From NCBI GenBank assembly GCA_963817985.1, contig CAWFQI010000005.1, forward strand, positions 35,731 to 99,730: a stretch of 64,000 nucleotides of DNA, read 5' to 3'. Below, one piece after another: positions 1 through 9,673 of the stretch. The position numbers and the translations under genes are program-made. Origin of the DNA: an uncultured Acidimicrobiaceae bacterium. GTDB lineage: Bacteria > Actinomycetota > Acidimicrobiia > Acidimicrobiales > RAAP-2. Every line of letters begins with the position of its first letter. Position 1 is the first letter of the stretch. The notes under the pieces were generated by a model. It saw only the letters and a program-made list of their open reading frames with translations, was not told the DNA's origin and ran no database searches.

Positions 1-651
1 GGAATGGGGCGGGTGGACCACATCACGGTGCTCGAAACAGTCGACGTCTCCTGTCATCACTCGGTGGACACCTGGAAGAACGTGGGCTACGGACGATCGG
101 TGGACGACCCGGAGGTCCCCGGCCTCCTGGAGACTGGCTGCACCGTCTTTGCGGACTCGATCTACCTGATGGCGGACTGCTTCGACCTCACCATTGACGA
201 GATCGTGTTCGAGTGCGAACTCGGTGCCTGCACAGAGGAAACCGATCTGGGCTGGTGGACGCTGCCGAAGGGGTCGGTAGGGGCCAGCCTGGCCAAGTTC
301 AAGGGCATGTCGGGTGGTGAGCCGAAGATCGAGGTACACCTCGAATGGCAGATGGCCCCGAAGACCGAACCGAGCTGGGAGGTCCAGGGCTGCTACATCA
401 CCACGGTCGAAGGCGATCCCACCATCGTGAACCGTCACATGATCTTCCCAGCCACCGGCATGCCGCACGGGTCCTGGACGCCGGAGTACTTCGCATCGGT
501 GGGGATGACCATCACCGGGATGCCCGCCCTCAACGCCATCCGGTGGGTGTGTGAGGCGAAACCGGGCCTGATCACCAGTGCGGATCTCCCCCTCCGCGCT
601 TTCGTAGGCCGATTCGCCGACACCGCCACGTCAACAGCCTCAGGCAGTTAG
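1..651 (+). CDS. DapB-like / NAD(P)H-dependent amine dehydrogenase family protein, C-terminal fragment (N-terminus lies upstream of the window)
   Basis: The frame is open from nt 1 (ORF track 4..651). The 215-aa C-terminal part resembles the non-Rossmann domain of dihydrodipicolinate-reductase-like proteins. Strong GC3 bias. Stop TAG 649-651, and the next gene starts 3 nt later. Confidence 0.5.
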   Translation, partial: GMGRVDHITVLETVDVSCHHSVDTWKNVGYGRSVDDPEVPGLLETGCTVFADSIYLMADCFDLTIDEIVFECELGACTEETDLGWWTLPKGSVGASLAKFKGMSGGEPKIEVHLEWQMAPKTEPSWEVQGCYITTVEGDPTIVNRHMIFPATGMPHGSWTPEYFASVGMTITGMPALNAIRWVCEAKPGLITSADLPLRAFVGRFADTATSTASGS

Positions 652-654
652 TCC

Positions 655-1605
655 GTGGGCTCCCGTTACCCGTTCCCCGCTGCGCCCAACGGCTGGTTCA
701 GCGTGGCCGCCGGCGGGGACCTCGCACCGGGCGATGTGCGGCCGCTGACCTACCTCGGGCGGGAGCTCGTGCTCTTTCGGGGTGAGGATGGAGCAGCCCG
801 GGTCTTCGACGCCTACTGTCCCCACCTCGGGGCTCATCTGGGCATCGGTGGGCGGGTGCGTGGAGAAGGGCTCGCCTGTCCGTTCCACGGGTGGTGTTTC
901 GATGGTGGAGGCCAGCTTGTCGAGGTCCCTGGGCTCGAACGCACCCCGAGGGCCAGTGCCAACGCGTGGCCGTTGTGCGAGCGCAACGGTCGTATCTTCG
1001 TCTGGAACCACGCAGAGGGCCTGCCTCCCCATTACGAGGTGACCAGCTACCGATCGGATGAATCCGAGTGGACACCGTGGCGGTCCAACTCCTACCGGGT
1101 ACACGTCCATGTCCAGGACCTCACCGAGAACATCATTGATCGATCGCACTTTTCGGCGGTCCATGACATGGCGGCACCCGACCGCGACCACTTCGAAGTC
1201 CGCTTCGAGGGCCCGTCCATGATTGTGGAACAGAGCCTCAAGGTCACCGCCGTGGACGTCGCCGGGTACGAGATCCAAACCACCTCGACCAGCTGTGGAC
1301 CCGGCATCGTGGCCGTCGAGGTCAGCCAGGACCCCATCGAAATGCTGACCTACATCACCCAGACGCCCATCGACGAAGAGCTTACGGAGATCAACCTCTG
1401 TTTCTCGATGAAGGCGCTGCCTGATGAGCAGGCCACCGAGTCGATCAGTGCGCTGAACGACCGGATCACCAACGAGCAGTTCACCCAGGACGTGCCGATA
1501 TGGGAGAACAAGATCTATCGGGACCGTCCGATGCTCACCACGAGCGATGGCCCGGTGGCGCAGTATCGGCGGTGGTTTCGACAGTTTTATTCCGATGCAA
1601 CCTGA
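655..1605 (+). CDS. Rieske (2Fe-2S) domain oxygenase, KshA/aromatic-ring-hydroxylase-like
   Basis: CPHLGAHLG...CPFHGWCF is the CxH-X17-CxxH Rieske motif, followed by an oxygenase-type C-terminal domain. 316 aa. GTG start directly after the preceding stop. Confidence 0.85.
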   Translation: MGSRYPFPAAPNGWFSVAAGGDLAPGDVRPLTYLGRELVLFRGEDGAARVFDAYCPHLGAHLGIGGRVRGEGLACPFHGWCFDGGGQLVEVPGLERTPRASANAWPLCERNGRIFVWNHAEGLPPHYEVTSYRSDESEWTPWRSNSYRVHVHVQDLTENIIDRSHFSAVHDMAAPDRDHFEVRFEGPSMIVEQSLKVTAVDVAGYEIQTTSTSCGPGIVAVEVSQDPIEMLTYITQTPIDEELTEINLCFSMKALPDEQATESISALNDRITNEQFTQDVPIWENKIYRDRPMLTTSDGPVAQYRRWFRQFYSDAT

Positions 1606-1630
1606 TCAACCGATCAGGAGTTTGCTGCAC

Positions 1631-3349
1631 CTAGGAGCGAAGGACTGTACCCGGACCCCGTTCCAGACGTTCGAACACCGATTGGCCATCGACCCGAATC
1701 GGCACTCCGTTTACCAGTGTGTGAACCATTCCCACTGGTGCGTCCGCGGTGAGCCGTTCACCTCCGGCGGGAAAGTCCACAACCCGGCGGATTGGGCCAG
1801 GTGCCACCGTGTCGGGATCGAATACCACCAGGTCTGCTGCCATCCCGACCTCGATTCGGCCCCGGTCGTCCAGGCCGTAGACACGGGCCGGCTCCGCCGT
1901 CAGCTTGTGAATCGCGCGTTCCAGACTCATCACCTCACGATCCCGGACCCACGTGCCCAGTAGGTCTGTAGCAAAACAGGCGTCGCACAGCTGACTGACA
2001 TGGGCACCGGAGTCGGCCAGGCCCAAAAGGACGTCGTCTCTCGGCAGCAGGTAGGCGATGCCTTCCTCGTTATTGTTGGCCAGTACAGACCAAAAGCGCG
2101 TCGTGAGGTTGTCGACCAGGGAGAGATCGAGCAGGACATCGAGAGGGGTCACGCCCTGTTCCTCCGCCAGCTGGACCACCGAGCGACCGATGAGGTCTGG
2201 CCTTGACGACGATTCGGCAACCGACAATGAGGCTGGGTTGAACAGGCTGAACGAACCGGAGTCAATTTGCGACTGAGTCGCCGACCGCCACGCGGCGTCA
2301 CGGTAGGCCATCAAGCGTTCCTCCACCGGGGAGTCCATGAGAGCTGCGAAATTTGGGAAGGTATTCAGCGAGAAGGGTTCGGCCAAGTTCATCTGGAACA
2401 CCAACGGCCGACAGGATACTTGGGGCCACACCTCCACCCCTGAGGCCCTGGCCGTGGCGTGCTCGGCCATGACTCCCTCGTGGTAGTCAGATCCTGCGAA
2501 CGTGAGAAGAGCGGTCCAGGTGAAGGGGCGCCCGATATGGCGCTGCAGATCAAACATCTGAACGTGCGACATCACTCCGCCTGGCAAGAGTGCCGCGACT
2601 CCTCGGTCTTGCGTGCGCAGGGGTTCGAGGAGCGCACTCAGCTCTTCGAAGTCAGCGACCCGTGACGGCACGGGTCGCCCATGATCACCGTTATGGGTCG
2701 GGGACCAACTGGAGGCGAATCCGATAGCGCCCGCTTCGAGTGCCTCATCAACAATGTGAACCATGGCGGCAAGCTCGTTCTCGGTGGCCGACCGCTCGTA
2801 GGCGTCCCTGCCCATGACATAGAGCCGGACTGCGGTGTGTCCGACGTAGCAGCCATAGTTAAGAGCCACCCCCCGCCGCTCGACTGCGTCCAGGTACTGG
2901 GGGAAGGATTTGAAGTCCTCCCAAGGAACGCCTGCCATCAACGTGTCAAAGCTCATGTCCTCAACGTGTTGGAGCGTCCGAACAAGCGTCTCGACTCCAT
3001 CACTCTGGACTGGCGCAATCGAGAACCCACAATTGCCTGCCACTACAGTCGTCACGCCGTGCTGAGAAGAGGGAGTCAGCTGAGGGTCCCAGAAGACCTG
3101 GGCGTCGTAGTGGGTATGAATGTCGATGAAGCCAGGCGACACGACGTGACCAGATGCAGCCAGCTCATGCGACCCTTTGAGCCCCGTTCCGATTTCTACA
3201 ATGACACCGTCCCGCGTTCGTATGTCGGCCACTCGGCTTGGAGCCCCGCTGCCGTCGATGAGCGTCCCCCCTCGAACGACGATCTCTTCGCTGGTCCGGA
3301 TACTCACGTTCACCTCGTCGGGGTTGATTGTTGACCTCGGCTTTGACAA
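1631..3349 (-). CDS. N-acyl-D-amino-acid deacylase (D-aminoacylase) family amidohydrolase
   Basis: 572 aa. N-terminal VVRGGTLIDGSG and the GFIDIHTHYD HxH metal motif are typical of the D-aminoacylase/amidohydrolase-3 fold. The start is uncertain (TTG 3349 or internal GTGs). Paralogue at 52595-54337. Confidence 0.8.
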   Translation of the reverse strand: MSKPRSTINPDEVNVSIRTSEEIVVRGGTLIDGSGAPSRVADIRTRDGVIVEIGTGLKGSHELAASGHVVSPGFIDIHTHYDAQVFWDPQLTPSSQHGVTTVVAGNCGFSIAPVQSDGVETLVRTLQHVEDMSFDTLMAGVPWEDFKSFPQYLDAVERRGVALNYGCYVGHTAVRLYVMGRDAYERSATENELAAMVHIVDEALEAGAIGFASSWSPTHNGDHGRPVPSRVADFEELSALLEPLRTQDRGVAALLPGGVMSHVQMFDLQRHIGRPFTWTALLTFAGSDYHEGVMAEHATARASGVEVWPQVSCRPLVFQMNLAEPFSLNTFPNFAALMDSPVEERLMAYRDAAWRSATQSQIDSGSFSLFNPASLSVAESSSRPDLIGRSVVQLAEEQGVTPLDVLLDLSLVDNLTTRFWSVLANNNEEGIAYLLPRDDVLLGLADSGAHVSQLCDACFATDLLGTWVRDREVMSLERAIHKLTAEPARVYGLDDRGRIEVGMAADLVVFDPDTVAPGPIRRVVDFPAGGERLTADAPVGMVHTLVNGVPIRVDGQSVFERLERGPGTVLRS

Positions 3350-3464
3350 TTCCGATTCCTCAAGCCGACGTGAGACAGCTGCCCACTCAGTCAGCCTTCC
3401 GAGAATATCCCCATGATCGGCGTGTCAGCAGGGGATCGAGCGAGCGACGATCTGAGGCACACAC

Positions 3465-4136
3465 CTAGCTGGCCCTGGTGGAACCCGATGCACGTCCAAA
3501 TCGAGCTCCGACCATCAGGCCGATACCACCACCCACCACCGACCCGACGATGACGTCGCCGGGGTAGTGAACGCCGGAATGAACTCGAGAGTAAGCCACG
3601 GCGGCTGCCACTACTCGGAGCGGAAAGGAGAGCGGTGGGATCTGACAGCCGACCGCCGTCGCAAATGCGAATCCAGATGCAGAGTGACCAGACGGAAATG
3701 ATGGCGACTTCGGCATCCGGGTGTGTCGGGAGCTGATCATTCCAGCGGCGATTCGGTCGGGGCGCTCCCGTTCGTGGAGGTTCTTGAGGGCGAGATTGAC
3801 TACAGCAGAAGAAGCCAAAATGGATGTCAATCCGGCGACGGCCGCTCGTCGGCCACGAGGGCCACCGAGGATCACCAAAGCCCCTGCCGCACCCACCCAG
3901 ACGACGGAGTAGTTGGCGGAGTTGGAAAGACGCCGCAACGGCACGTCGAGGCTCGGAGTTGGGGTTGAGGCCACCGCCCGGTAGACAGCCTGATCAACCT
4001 GCGATAGCTCGCGCAAGAGGGACTTCAACGTCGGGGTCGTTCCGGGATGATCACTGCTGACAACCTCGGTGCCGACATCCTCAACCGACGTCGGTGGTTC
4101 GATGTGCTCCGGTTGATCATCCACACATGCCATCAT
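3465..4136 (-). CDS. PAP2 superfamily phosphatase (membrane)
   Basis: Carries the three PAP2 motifs: KNLHERERP (Kx6RP), PSGHSASG and SRVHSGVHYPGDV. I moved the start to ATG-ATG at 4136 (MMACVDD...) so it no longer overlaps the divergent SulP gene. The ORF track extends to 4217. Confidence 0.75.
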   Translation of the reverse strand: MMACVDDQPEHIEPPTSVEDVGTEVVSSDHPGTTPTLKSLLRELSQVDQAVYRAVASTPTPSLDVPLRRLSNSANYSVVWVGAAGALVILGGPRGRRAAVAGLTSILASSAVVNLALKNLHERERPDRIAAGMISSRHTRMPKSPSFPSGHSASGFAFATAVGCQIPPLSFPLRVVAAAVAYSRVHSGVHYPGDVIVGSVVGGGIGLMVGARFGRASGSTRAS

Positions 4137-4207
4137 GGTACGCCCAGCTGACCGTTGCCGGGTCGCCTGACTCCAGGTGTTCAGAGTGCAGATTGAAGGC
4201 GTTCGAA

Positions 4208-5929
4208 ATGCTGGCATGGGTGCCTGGCCTCCGCACCGTTACCACCTACCAACGTGGCTGGCTGGCCAAGGATCTGGTCGCTGGTGTCGTGCTGACCGCG
4301 ATCTTGGTCCCCCAGGGGATGGCCTATGCCGAACTGGCTGGGCTGCCTCCCATCACCGGCCTGTACACGTCGGTCTTGTGTCTGGCCGGGTATGCGGTCA
4401 TGGGCCCATCGCGCATCCTCGTCCTGGGGCCAGACTCCTCACTCGGCCCCATGATCGCGGCCACCATTCTGCCTCTGGTCGGGGCAGACGGAAGCGCAGC
4501 CCGGGCTGTCGAGCTCGCGTCGATGTTGGCGATTCTGGTGGGCGCAGTCATGATCCTTGCCGGGATGGCCAAGCTGGGATTCGTAGCCGACCTGCTCTCC
4601 AAACCGACCCAGATCGGATACATGACCGGGCTCGCCTTGACCATTTTGGTGGGACAGCTCCCAAAGCTCTTCGGATTCTCCGTCGACTCCGACACGCTGA
4701 TTGGGGACATCACGGGATTCATCAGAGGGCTCACGTCAGGCGAGACGGTACTGGCGGCAATCGGGATTGGACTCTTTGCGCTCGCCGTGATCCTTATCTT
4801 CCAGCATTGGCTTCCGCGAGTGCCAGGGGTGCTCGTGGCCGTGGTGCTCTCGATTGTTGCCGCAGTTGTGTTCGATCTGGGCAATCACGGAGTCTCGCTA
4901 GTCGGCACCCTTCCCCGGGGGCTTCCCCCGTTTACCATCCCGCGGGTCTCGGCTTCCGACTTCGGCCTCCTCATCGCCGGAGCCCTCGGAATCGCGCTCG
5001 TGGCCCTCACCGACACCATCTCCACGTCGTCAGCGTTCGCCGCTCGCAGCGGTGACGAGGTGCAACCTAATCAGGAGATGATCGGCATCGGAACCGCCAA
5101 TATCGCAGCAGGTCTCTTCCAGGGCTTCCCTGTGAGCACTAGTGGCTCACGAACGGCGGTGGCGGAGCAGTCTGGGGCAAAGACCCAGGTCAGCGGGCTC
5201 GTCGGCGCCGCGGTGATCCTGGTAATGCTCGTCGCCGTTCCCGGGCTGTTTCGCAACCTCCCTCAGCCCACACTGGCGGCGGTGGTGATGGCGGCAGCCT
5301 TCTCTCTTGCCGATATCGGCGGCATGCGGCGGCTTTGGCTTGTGCGTCGAACCGAATTCGCCCTTTCGATAGCGGCATTCCTGGGGGTGGCGCTCCTCGG
5401 CGTGCTCCCTGGGATCGGCATCGCCGTCGGCCTGTCCATCCTCAACGTGTTCCGCCGGTCCTGGTGGCCGTACAGTGCCACGCTGGGACAGGTGCAAGGA
5501 ATACCGGGGTATCACGATGTCCGGACCTATCCGCAGGCCAAGCAAATTGACGGATTGGCCATCCTCCGATTCGACGGGCCCCTCTTCTTTGCCAACGCTC
5601 GAGCGTTTCGGGAACAGGTACGTTCACTCGCCTCAGCGGAACCACGGCCGCGCTGGATCATTATTGCCGGCGAACCGATCACCGACGTCGACACCACGGC
5701 GGCCGACGTGCTTGAGGACCTCGACCAGGATCTCAACAGCAGAGGGATCTCACTAGTGTTCGCAGAGCTGAACGGACCCGTGCGAGAGAAGATCCAGCGG
5801 TATGAGCTGACCCGGACTATCGATCCGGCTCACTTCTTTCCAACGTTAGAGACGGCGGTCGATGCGTACCTTCGACTGCCAGATCCGGTCGGAGAGTCTG
5901 CGTCCAGTTCGATCGAAACAAGGGAGTAA
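4208..5929 (+). CDS. SulP family inorganic anion (sulfate) permease with C-terminal STAS domain
   Basis: Multi-TM SulP core followed by a STAS-like tail (LAILRFDGPLFFANA...). I placed the start at ATG 4208 (MLAWVPGLRT...), which is M39 of ORF 4094..5929. Confidence 0.85.
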   Translation: MLAWVPGLRTVTTYQRGWLAKDLVAGVVLTAILVPQGMAYAELAGLPPITGLYTSVLCLAGYAVMGPSRILVLGPDSSLGPMIAATILPLVGADGSAARAVELASMLAILVGAVMILAGMAKLGFVADLLSKPTQIGYMTGLALTILVGQLPKLFGFSVDSDTLIGDITGFIRGLTSGETVLAAIGIGLFALAVILIFQHWLPRVPGVLVAVVLSIVAAVVFDLGNHGVSLVGTLPRGLPPFTIPRVSASDFGLLIAGALGIALVALTDTISTSSAFAARSGDEVQPNQEMIGIGTANIAAGLFQGFPVSTSGSRTAVAEQSGAKTQVSGLVGAAVILVMLVAVPGLFRNLPQPTLAAVVMAAAFSLADIGGMRRLWLVRRTEFALSIAAFLGVALLGVLPGIGIAVGLSILNVFRRSWWPYSATLGQVQGIPGYHDVRTYPQAKQIDGLAILRFDGPLFFANARAFREQVRSLASAEPRPRWIIIAGEPITDVDTTAADVLEDLDQDLNSRGISLVFAELNGPVREKIQRYELTRTIDPAHFFPTLETAVDAYLRLPDPVGESASSSIETRE

Positions 5930-5933
5930 CGCC

Positions 5934-7302
5934 ATGACTGAGAGCCGTCAGCGGCCGATCCATCGCATCCTCGCAGTTGTGGCTTTGGCGTCACTCGTTG
6001 GCGCGATAGTCGTCCTGTTCGTCGGAAGCGTGGCCAACCTGGGCCCCCTCGTGCTCCTCATCGTTGGGCTCGTCGTGGCCGTGCTCGGTGGCTGGGACTC
6101 ATTGACTCGCCGAGGCGTGGTGAGGGTCGTCTCCCTCGTCGTGTTGCTAGTCGGAATTGGAGTTCTTATCGCCGGATTGATCATCGCGGACTTCAGCCTC
6201 CTCAGGACCACGGCCTTGTTGGTACTCGCGTTGCTCTCAGCAGTCTTGGCTCGTTTTGCGCTAGGCAAAGGTGCGCCCCCCAATCAGGCGGGCCAGGAAG
6301 CAACGAGAACTTCCTACCTTCACCCAGTGCTCATCATGAACTTGAAGTCCGGTGGTGGCAAGGCCGAACGGTTCCATCTCGAAGAAGAGTGCCGGCACCG
6401 GAACATCGAGCCGATCGTCCTCCGTCCTGGAGACGACATGCTGCAACTGGCTGCCGATGCCATCGGCCGGGGTGCCGACATCATCGGGATGGCCGGTGGC
6501 GACGGCTCCCAGGCCCTGGTGGCCACGGTGGCCATCCGTCACGACGTTCCCCTCGTGGTCGTGCCGGCCGGCACCCGGAACCACTTTGCCCTCGATCTTG
6601 GATTGGATCGGGACGACGTGGTCGGTGCTCTCGATGCTTTCGCTGACGGGATCGAGCGTCGAATCGACCTGGCGTCTGTCAACGGAAGGGTCTTCGTCAA
6701 CAATGCGACACTCGGCCTTTACGCCGAGATCGTTCAATCGCCGGAGTACCGAGATGCAAAGCGCAAGACGGCCATGGCCATGTTGCCAGACCTCCTGGGT
6801 CCGGATGCACCCGGAGCGGAGCTTCGCTTCACCGGCCCGGAGGGATCCGCCCATTCGTCTGCTGATCTGGTGCTGGTATCGAACAATCCCTATGAACTGC
6901 ATCGGTTCGCTGGACGCGGGAACTCGGGCCCGGATGGACGAAGGGGTGCTCGGGGTCGCTATCGCCACGATCGACAGTGCTGATGACGCCGCCAAATTTG
7001 TCTCGTTCGAGCTCACCGGTCAGCTGCAACGCCTTCCCGGTTGGCTGGAGTGGACGGCCGGACGATTCGAGGTCGATGCCGGCGGGCCGGTCGCCATCGG
7101 AGTCGATGGCGAGGCTTTGACGATGGATCCTCCGCTCGTCTTCGAAACGATGCCGGGGGTCCTACGTGTCCGTATCCCTCGCCATGCCCCGGGAAGGTCG
7201 CCGGCAGAGCGGGCCATTCACCTCGTAACCCGAAGCACCATCGTCGGCCTCGCTCGCGTGGCTAGCGGCAGGGAGGTCGAAACGGTGAACGGGCATCAGT
7301 AG
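5934..7302 (+). pseudogene. Diacylglycerol/lipid kinase family protein with N-terminal TM segments, split by a frameshift near 6915-6921
   Basis: ATG 5934 is preceded by AAGGGAG. The catalytic-domain motif GADIIGMAGGDGSQ lies in frame 3 and ends at 6983. The conserved C-terminal half (GTRARMDEGVLGVAIATI...GVDGEAL...LRVRIP) continues in frame 1 to 7302. Removing one G from GGG 6918-6920 joins ...FAGRG to TRARMDEGVLGV. Confidence 0.8.
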
Positions 7303-7465
7303 GGTCGCCGAGAACCTGGACAGGAGCGCTCAACGCTTGGGAGCGGAACCTGATGCCGTGCCCAGCCCAGTCTGAGGCTGGATCTCTAACCGGTCCGGGT
7401 ACGAACCAATACCGCTGCCAGACCCCTCCATACTCTCGCGACGGTTAGCCAGGTTTGGCCCGAAG

Positions 7466-8122
7466 TCAGCAGATCGGAAACCTGATATCGACGATTCCGT
7501 GCTCCGTGTGTGAAGTGACGACGGGAAACCCCGAGTTCAAGAACACGTCGATCATCCCGCGATTCTCTGCCAGTGTCTGAGCCACGAAGCATGTGAGTCC
7601 ATTGGCAATCGCCGCGTCGGCCAATCGGGCCAACAGCAGCGACCCAACGCCTTGGTGCTGGATTTCATCGGCGACAACGAAGGCCACCTCCGCCTCAGTG
7701 GTTTCAGGAAGTCGTTCGTAACGTCCCACAGCAATCATGCGGCCACCGTCCTCTCCGATGAGGGCCAACCGGTCCTTGTAATCGACGTGAGTAAAGCGAT
7801 CTATCTCAGCCTCGGAGAGTCTTGGATGCGTGAAAAAAAAGCGAAGGTAGACCGAGTGTGCCGAGAGTTCGCTGTGAAACTGGCGGAGGCTACCGGCGTC
7901 GTCGGGACGAATCGGTCTCAGATGCAGGAGGTGGCCAGCATTCGTCCGCGCATCACACTCCAACTCCGATGGATAGAGATTGCTTGCCATTGAGAACGAC
8001 CACCGGTCGAGATCAGGTCCGGACATGGTCCCGCCGGCTACGACTTCCGGGAATTGCATAGGGGGCGATGCGGCACTCGTGGCGGCCCCGACTGAGGTCT
8101 CCTGCGCCCAGCCGACATCCAT
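7466..8122 (-). CDS. GNAT family N-acetyltransferase
   Basis: Acetyl-CoA-binding motif region ...VADEIQHQGVGSLLLARLADAA... The ATG at 8122 abuts the TGA (8123-8125) of the upstream USP gene. An alternative start is M33 at 8026. Confidence 0.8.
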   Translation of the reverse strand: MDVGWAQETSVGAATSAASPPMQFPEVVAGGTMSGPDLDRWSFSMASNLYPSELECDARTNAGHLLHLRPIRPDDAGSLRQFHSELSAHSVYLRFFFTHPRLSEAEIDRFTHVDYKDRLALIGEDGGRMIAVGRYERLPETTEAEVAFVVADEIQHQGVGSLLLARLADAAIANGLTCFVAQTLAENRGMIDVFLNSGFPVVTSHTEHGIVDIRFPIC

Positions 8123-9157
8123 TCACCGCAAACCGCCCATCGGCGACGAGGCCGACCCCTTTTCCCAAACGGGGTCCGCGGTATCGCTTCCACGGCCATC
8201 TGACGTGTCATTGGAGGTGGACGTGTCCGGGGAGACCGATGGCCTTGTGACGACCACGACCCCACGGCCGTGTCGCGCGCACTGATGGGCTACGCATCCC
8301 AAGAGGGCGTCACTGAAATTCCCGTGCCCTCTCGAACCCACGACCAGAAGATCTGCGTCTCGTGAACTGCCGAGCAACACCGGGACAGTAGCGCCCAGGT
8401 GGGCTGTAGCTGCAAACGGGACGTCAGGGCCCCATCTGTCATGGAACTCGACCGCGCCGTCGACAATTTCCTGGCCAGACGCCTCGAAGCCTTCTGGCGG
8501 ACCCAGGATGTAAGCACCGATAGGCGGGTACTGCCATGCATAGATTGCCTCTACGGCTGCGCTACGGACTCTTGCCTCGTTCAGTGCCCAGCGCAGCGCC
8601 TGAGAGGACCCGAATGATCCGTCGATCCCAACGACAATCTTTCGCCCAAGGCGCTCGTCGGGATCCTCTGAAACTACGACGACCGGGCAGTGCGAATACT
8701 GGATGCACTGATCGCTGACCGAGCCCAGGAGGAGTTCCTTGAATCCGCCAAGGCCGCGAGCCCCCACTACGAGGAGCTGTGCTGATCGGCTAGCCACGGT
8801 GAGCGCAAGAGCGGGTGGCCACTTCACCACTTCAGTTCGGGCCACCACCGAAGGGTGGCGCGTCACTACAAGCCCGTAGGCATCGTCGACGATCGCATTT
8901 CCAGCCGATATTTTCCCGTCTTCTGCTTCGTACCAAGCAGGAAGGTGGTCGGGCTTGCCGATCTGTGCGAAGAGCAACAACAAGAACGCATCACGGCGAT
9001 CCGCCTCGTCGCACGCCCACTTGAGAGCAGAGTGGGAATGTTCAGAGCCGTCGATGCCCACCACAATGGTGTTCGTGGCCCTACCGTTCTGGCTGGTCAG
9101 CCTGGTGCGAGGTGTCTTCTCTCCCATTTCGGACTGCTTCCGACTACCGGGGAACAC
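8123..9157 (-). CDS. Universal stress protein, tandem USP domains
   Basis: Two USP repeats, each with IVVGIDGS... and ...LLVVG(A/S)RG(L/H)G...G(S/C)V(S/A).... An alternative start is M11 at 9127. Confidence 0.85.
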   Translation of the reverse strand: MFPGSRKQSEMGEKTPRTRLTSQNGRATNTIVVGIDGSEHSHSALKWACDEADRRDAFLLLLFAQIGKPDHLPAWYEAEDGKISAGNAIVDDAYGLVVTRHPSVVARTEVVKWPPALALTVASRSAQLLVVGARGLGGFKELLLGSVSDQCIQYSHCPVVVVSEDPDERLGRKIVVGIDGSFGSSQALRWALNEARVRSAAVEAIYAWQYPPIGAYILGPPEGFEASGQEIVDGAVEFHDRWGPDVPFAATAHLGATVPVLLGSSRDADLLVVGSRGHGNFSDALLGCVAHQCARHGRGVVVVTRPSVSPDTSTSNDTSDGRGSDTADPVWEKGSASSPMGGLR

Positions 9158-9296
9158 TCACTGCGACGTCGCGCCGCCGCAGCCGCTCGAGCTTCCGCAA
9201 GATCATGCCGACATCATCGCTGGCAAGGGGCTGAAGACGACCCGGGAAGGCGCCAAAGGCCTTCTCCTCGTATCTGTGGCCTATCGAGTACTTCAT
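9144..9296 (-). CDS. Small hypothetical protein (50 aa), first gene of the USP-GNAT operon
   Basis: ATG 9296 (MKYSIGHRYEEKAF...) is preceded by AAGGAGA with a 5-nt spacer. It is co-directional with the USP gene and overlaps or abuts its start. No recognisable domain. Confidence 0.5.
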   Translation of the reverse strand: MKYSIGHRYEEKAFGAFPGRLQPLASDDVGMILRKLERLRRRDVAVSVPR

Positions 9297-9367
9297 CGAA
9301 TTCTCCTTGTCCCGACGCCTCGTGGATCCCGCCCCTCCATTGGACGTCACAAGGATCTGTTCAGGTA

Positions 9368-9381
9368 GGGCCATAGGTCCC
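9368..9381 (-). promoter_or_regulatory. DosR/DevR-like 14-bp box (GGGACCTATGGCCC on the minus strand)
   Basis: Lies 71 nt upstream of the small-ORF start at 9296. Matches the GGGACYTWTGRCCC pattern shared with 12773-12786 and 13562-13575, and 11/14 positions of the core of the M. tuberculosis DosR consensus GGGACTWWAGTCCC. Confidence 0.45.
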
Positions 9382-9673
9382 CGATCCCCGAAGGTACGCA
9401 CGACTTAGAGCCTGGGGCAGAGCACAACAGCTGGAGTACAACGGTACTTTGGAGCATCGTTGCTAGCTGCAATGAGGAGTGGTCCTCTACTCGGCCGGGG
9501 AGCTGAGGGAGCGACTACAACTTGCCGTACCGGTGGACCGAGCGACACGCTACAGGCGAGCTGACCCACCGTCTCACCCAAGTGGACTCAAGGGCCACGT
9601 TTATCCCACTGGTCTGACTGCATCTGAGAGCTCAGGCGAAGGCCCACCGGTCACCGCCGACGCCCACCGTCTC

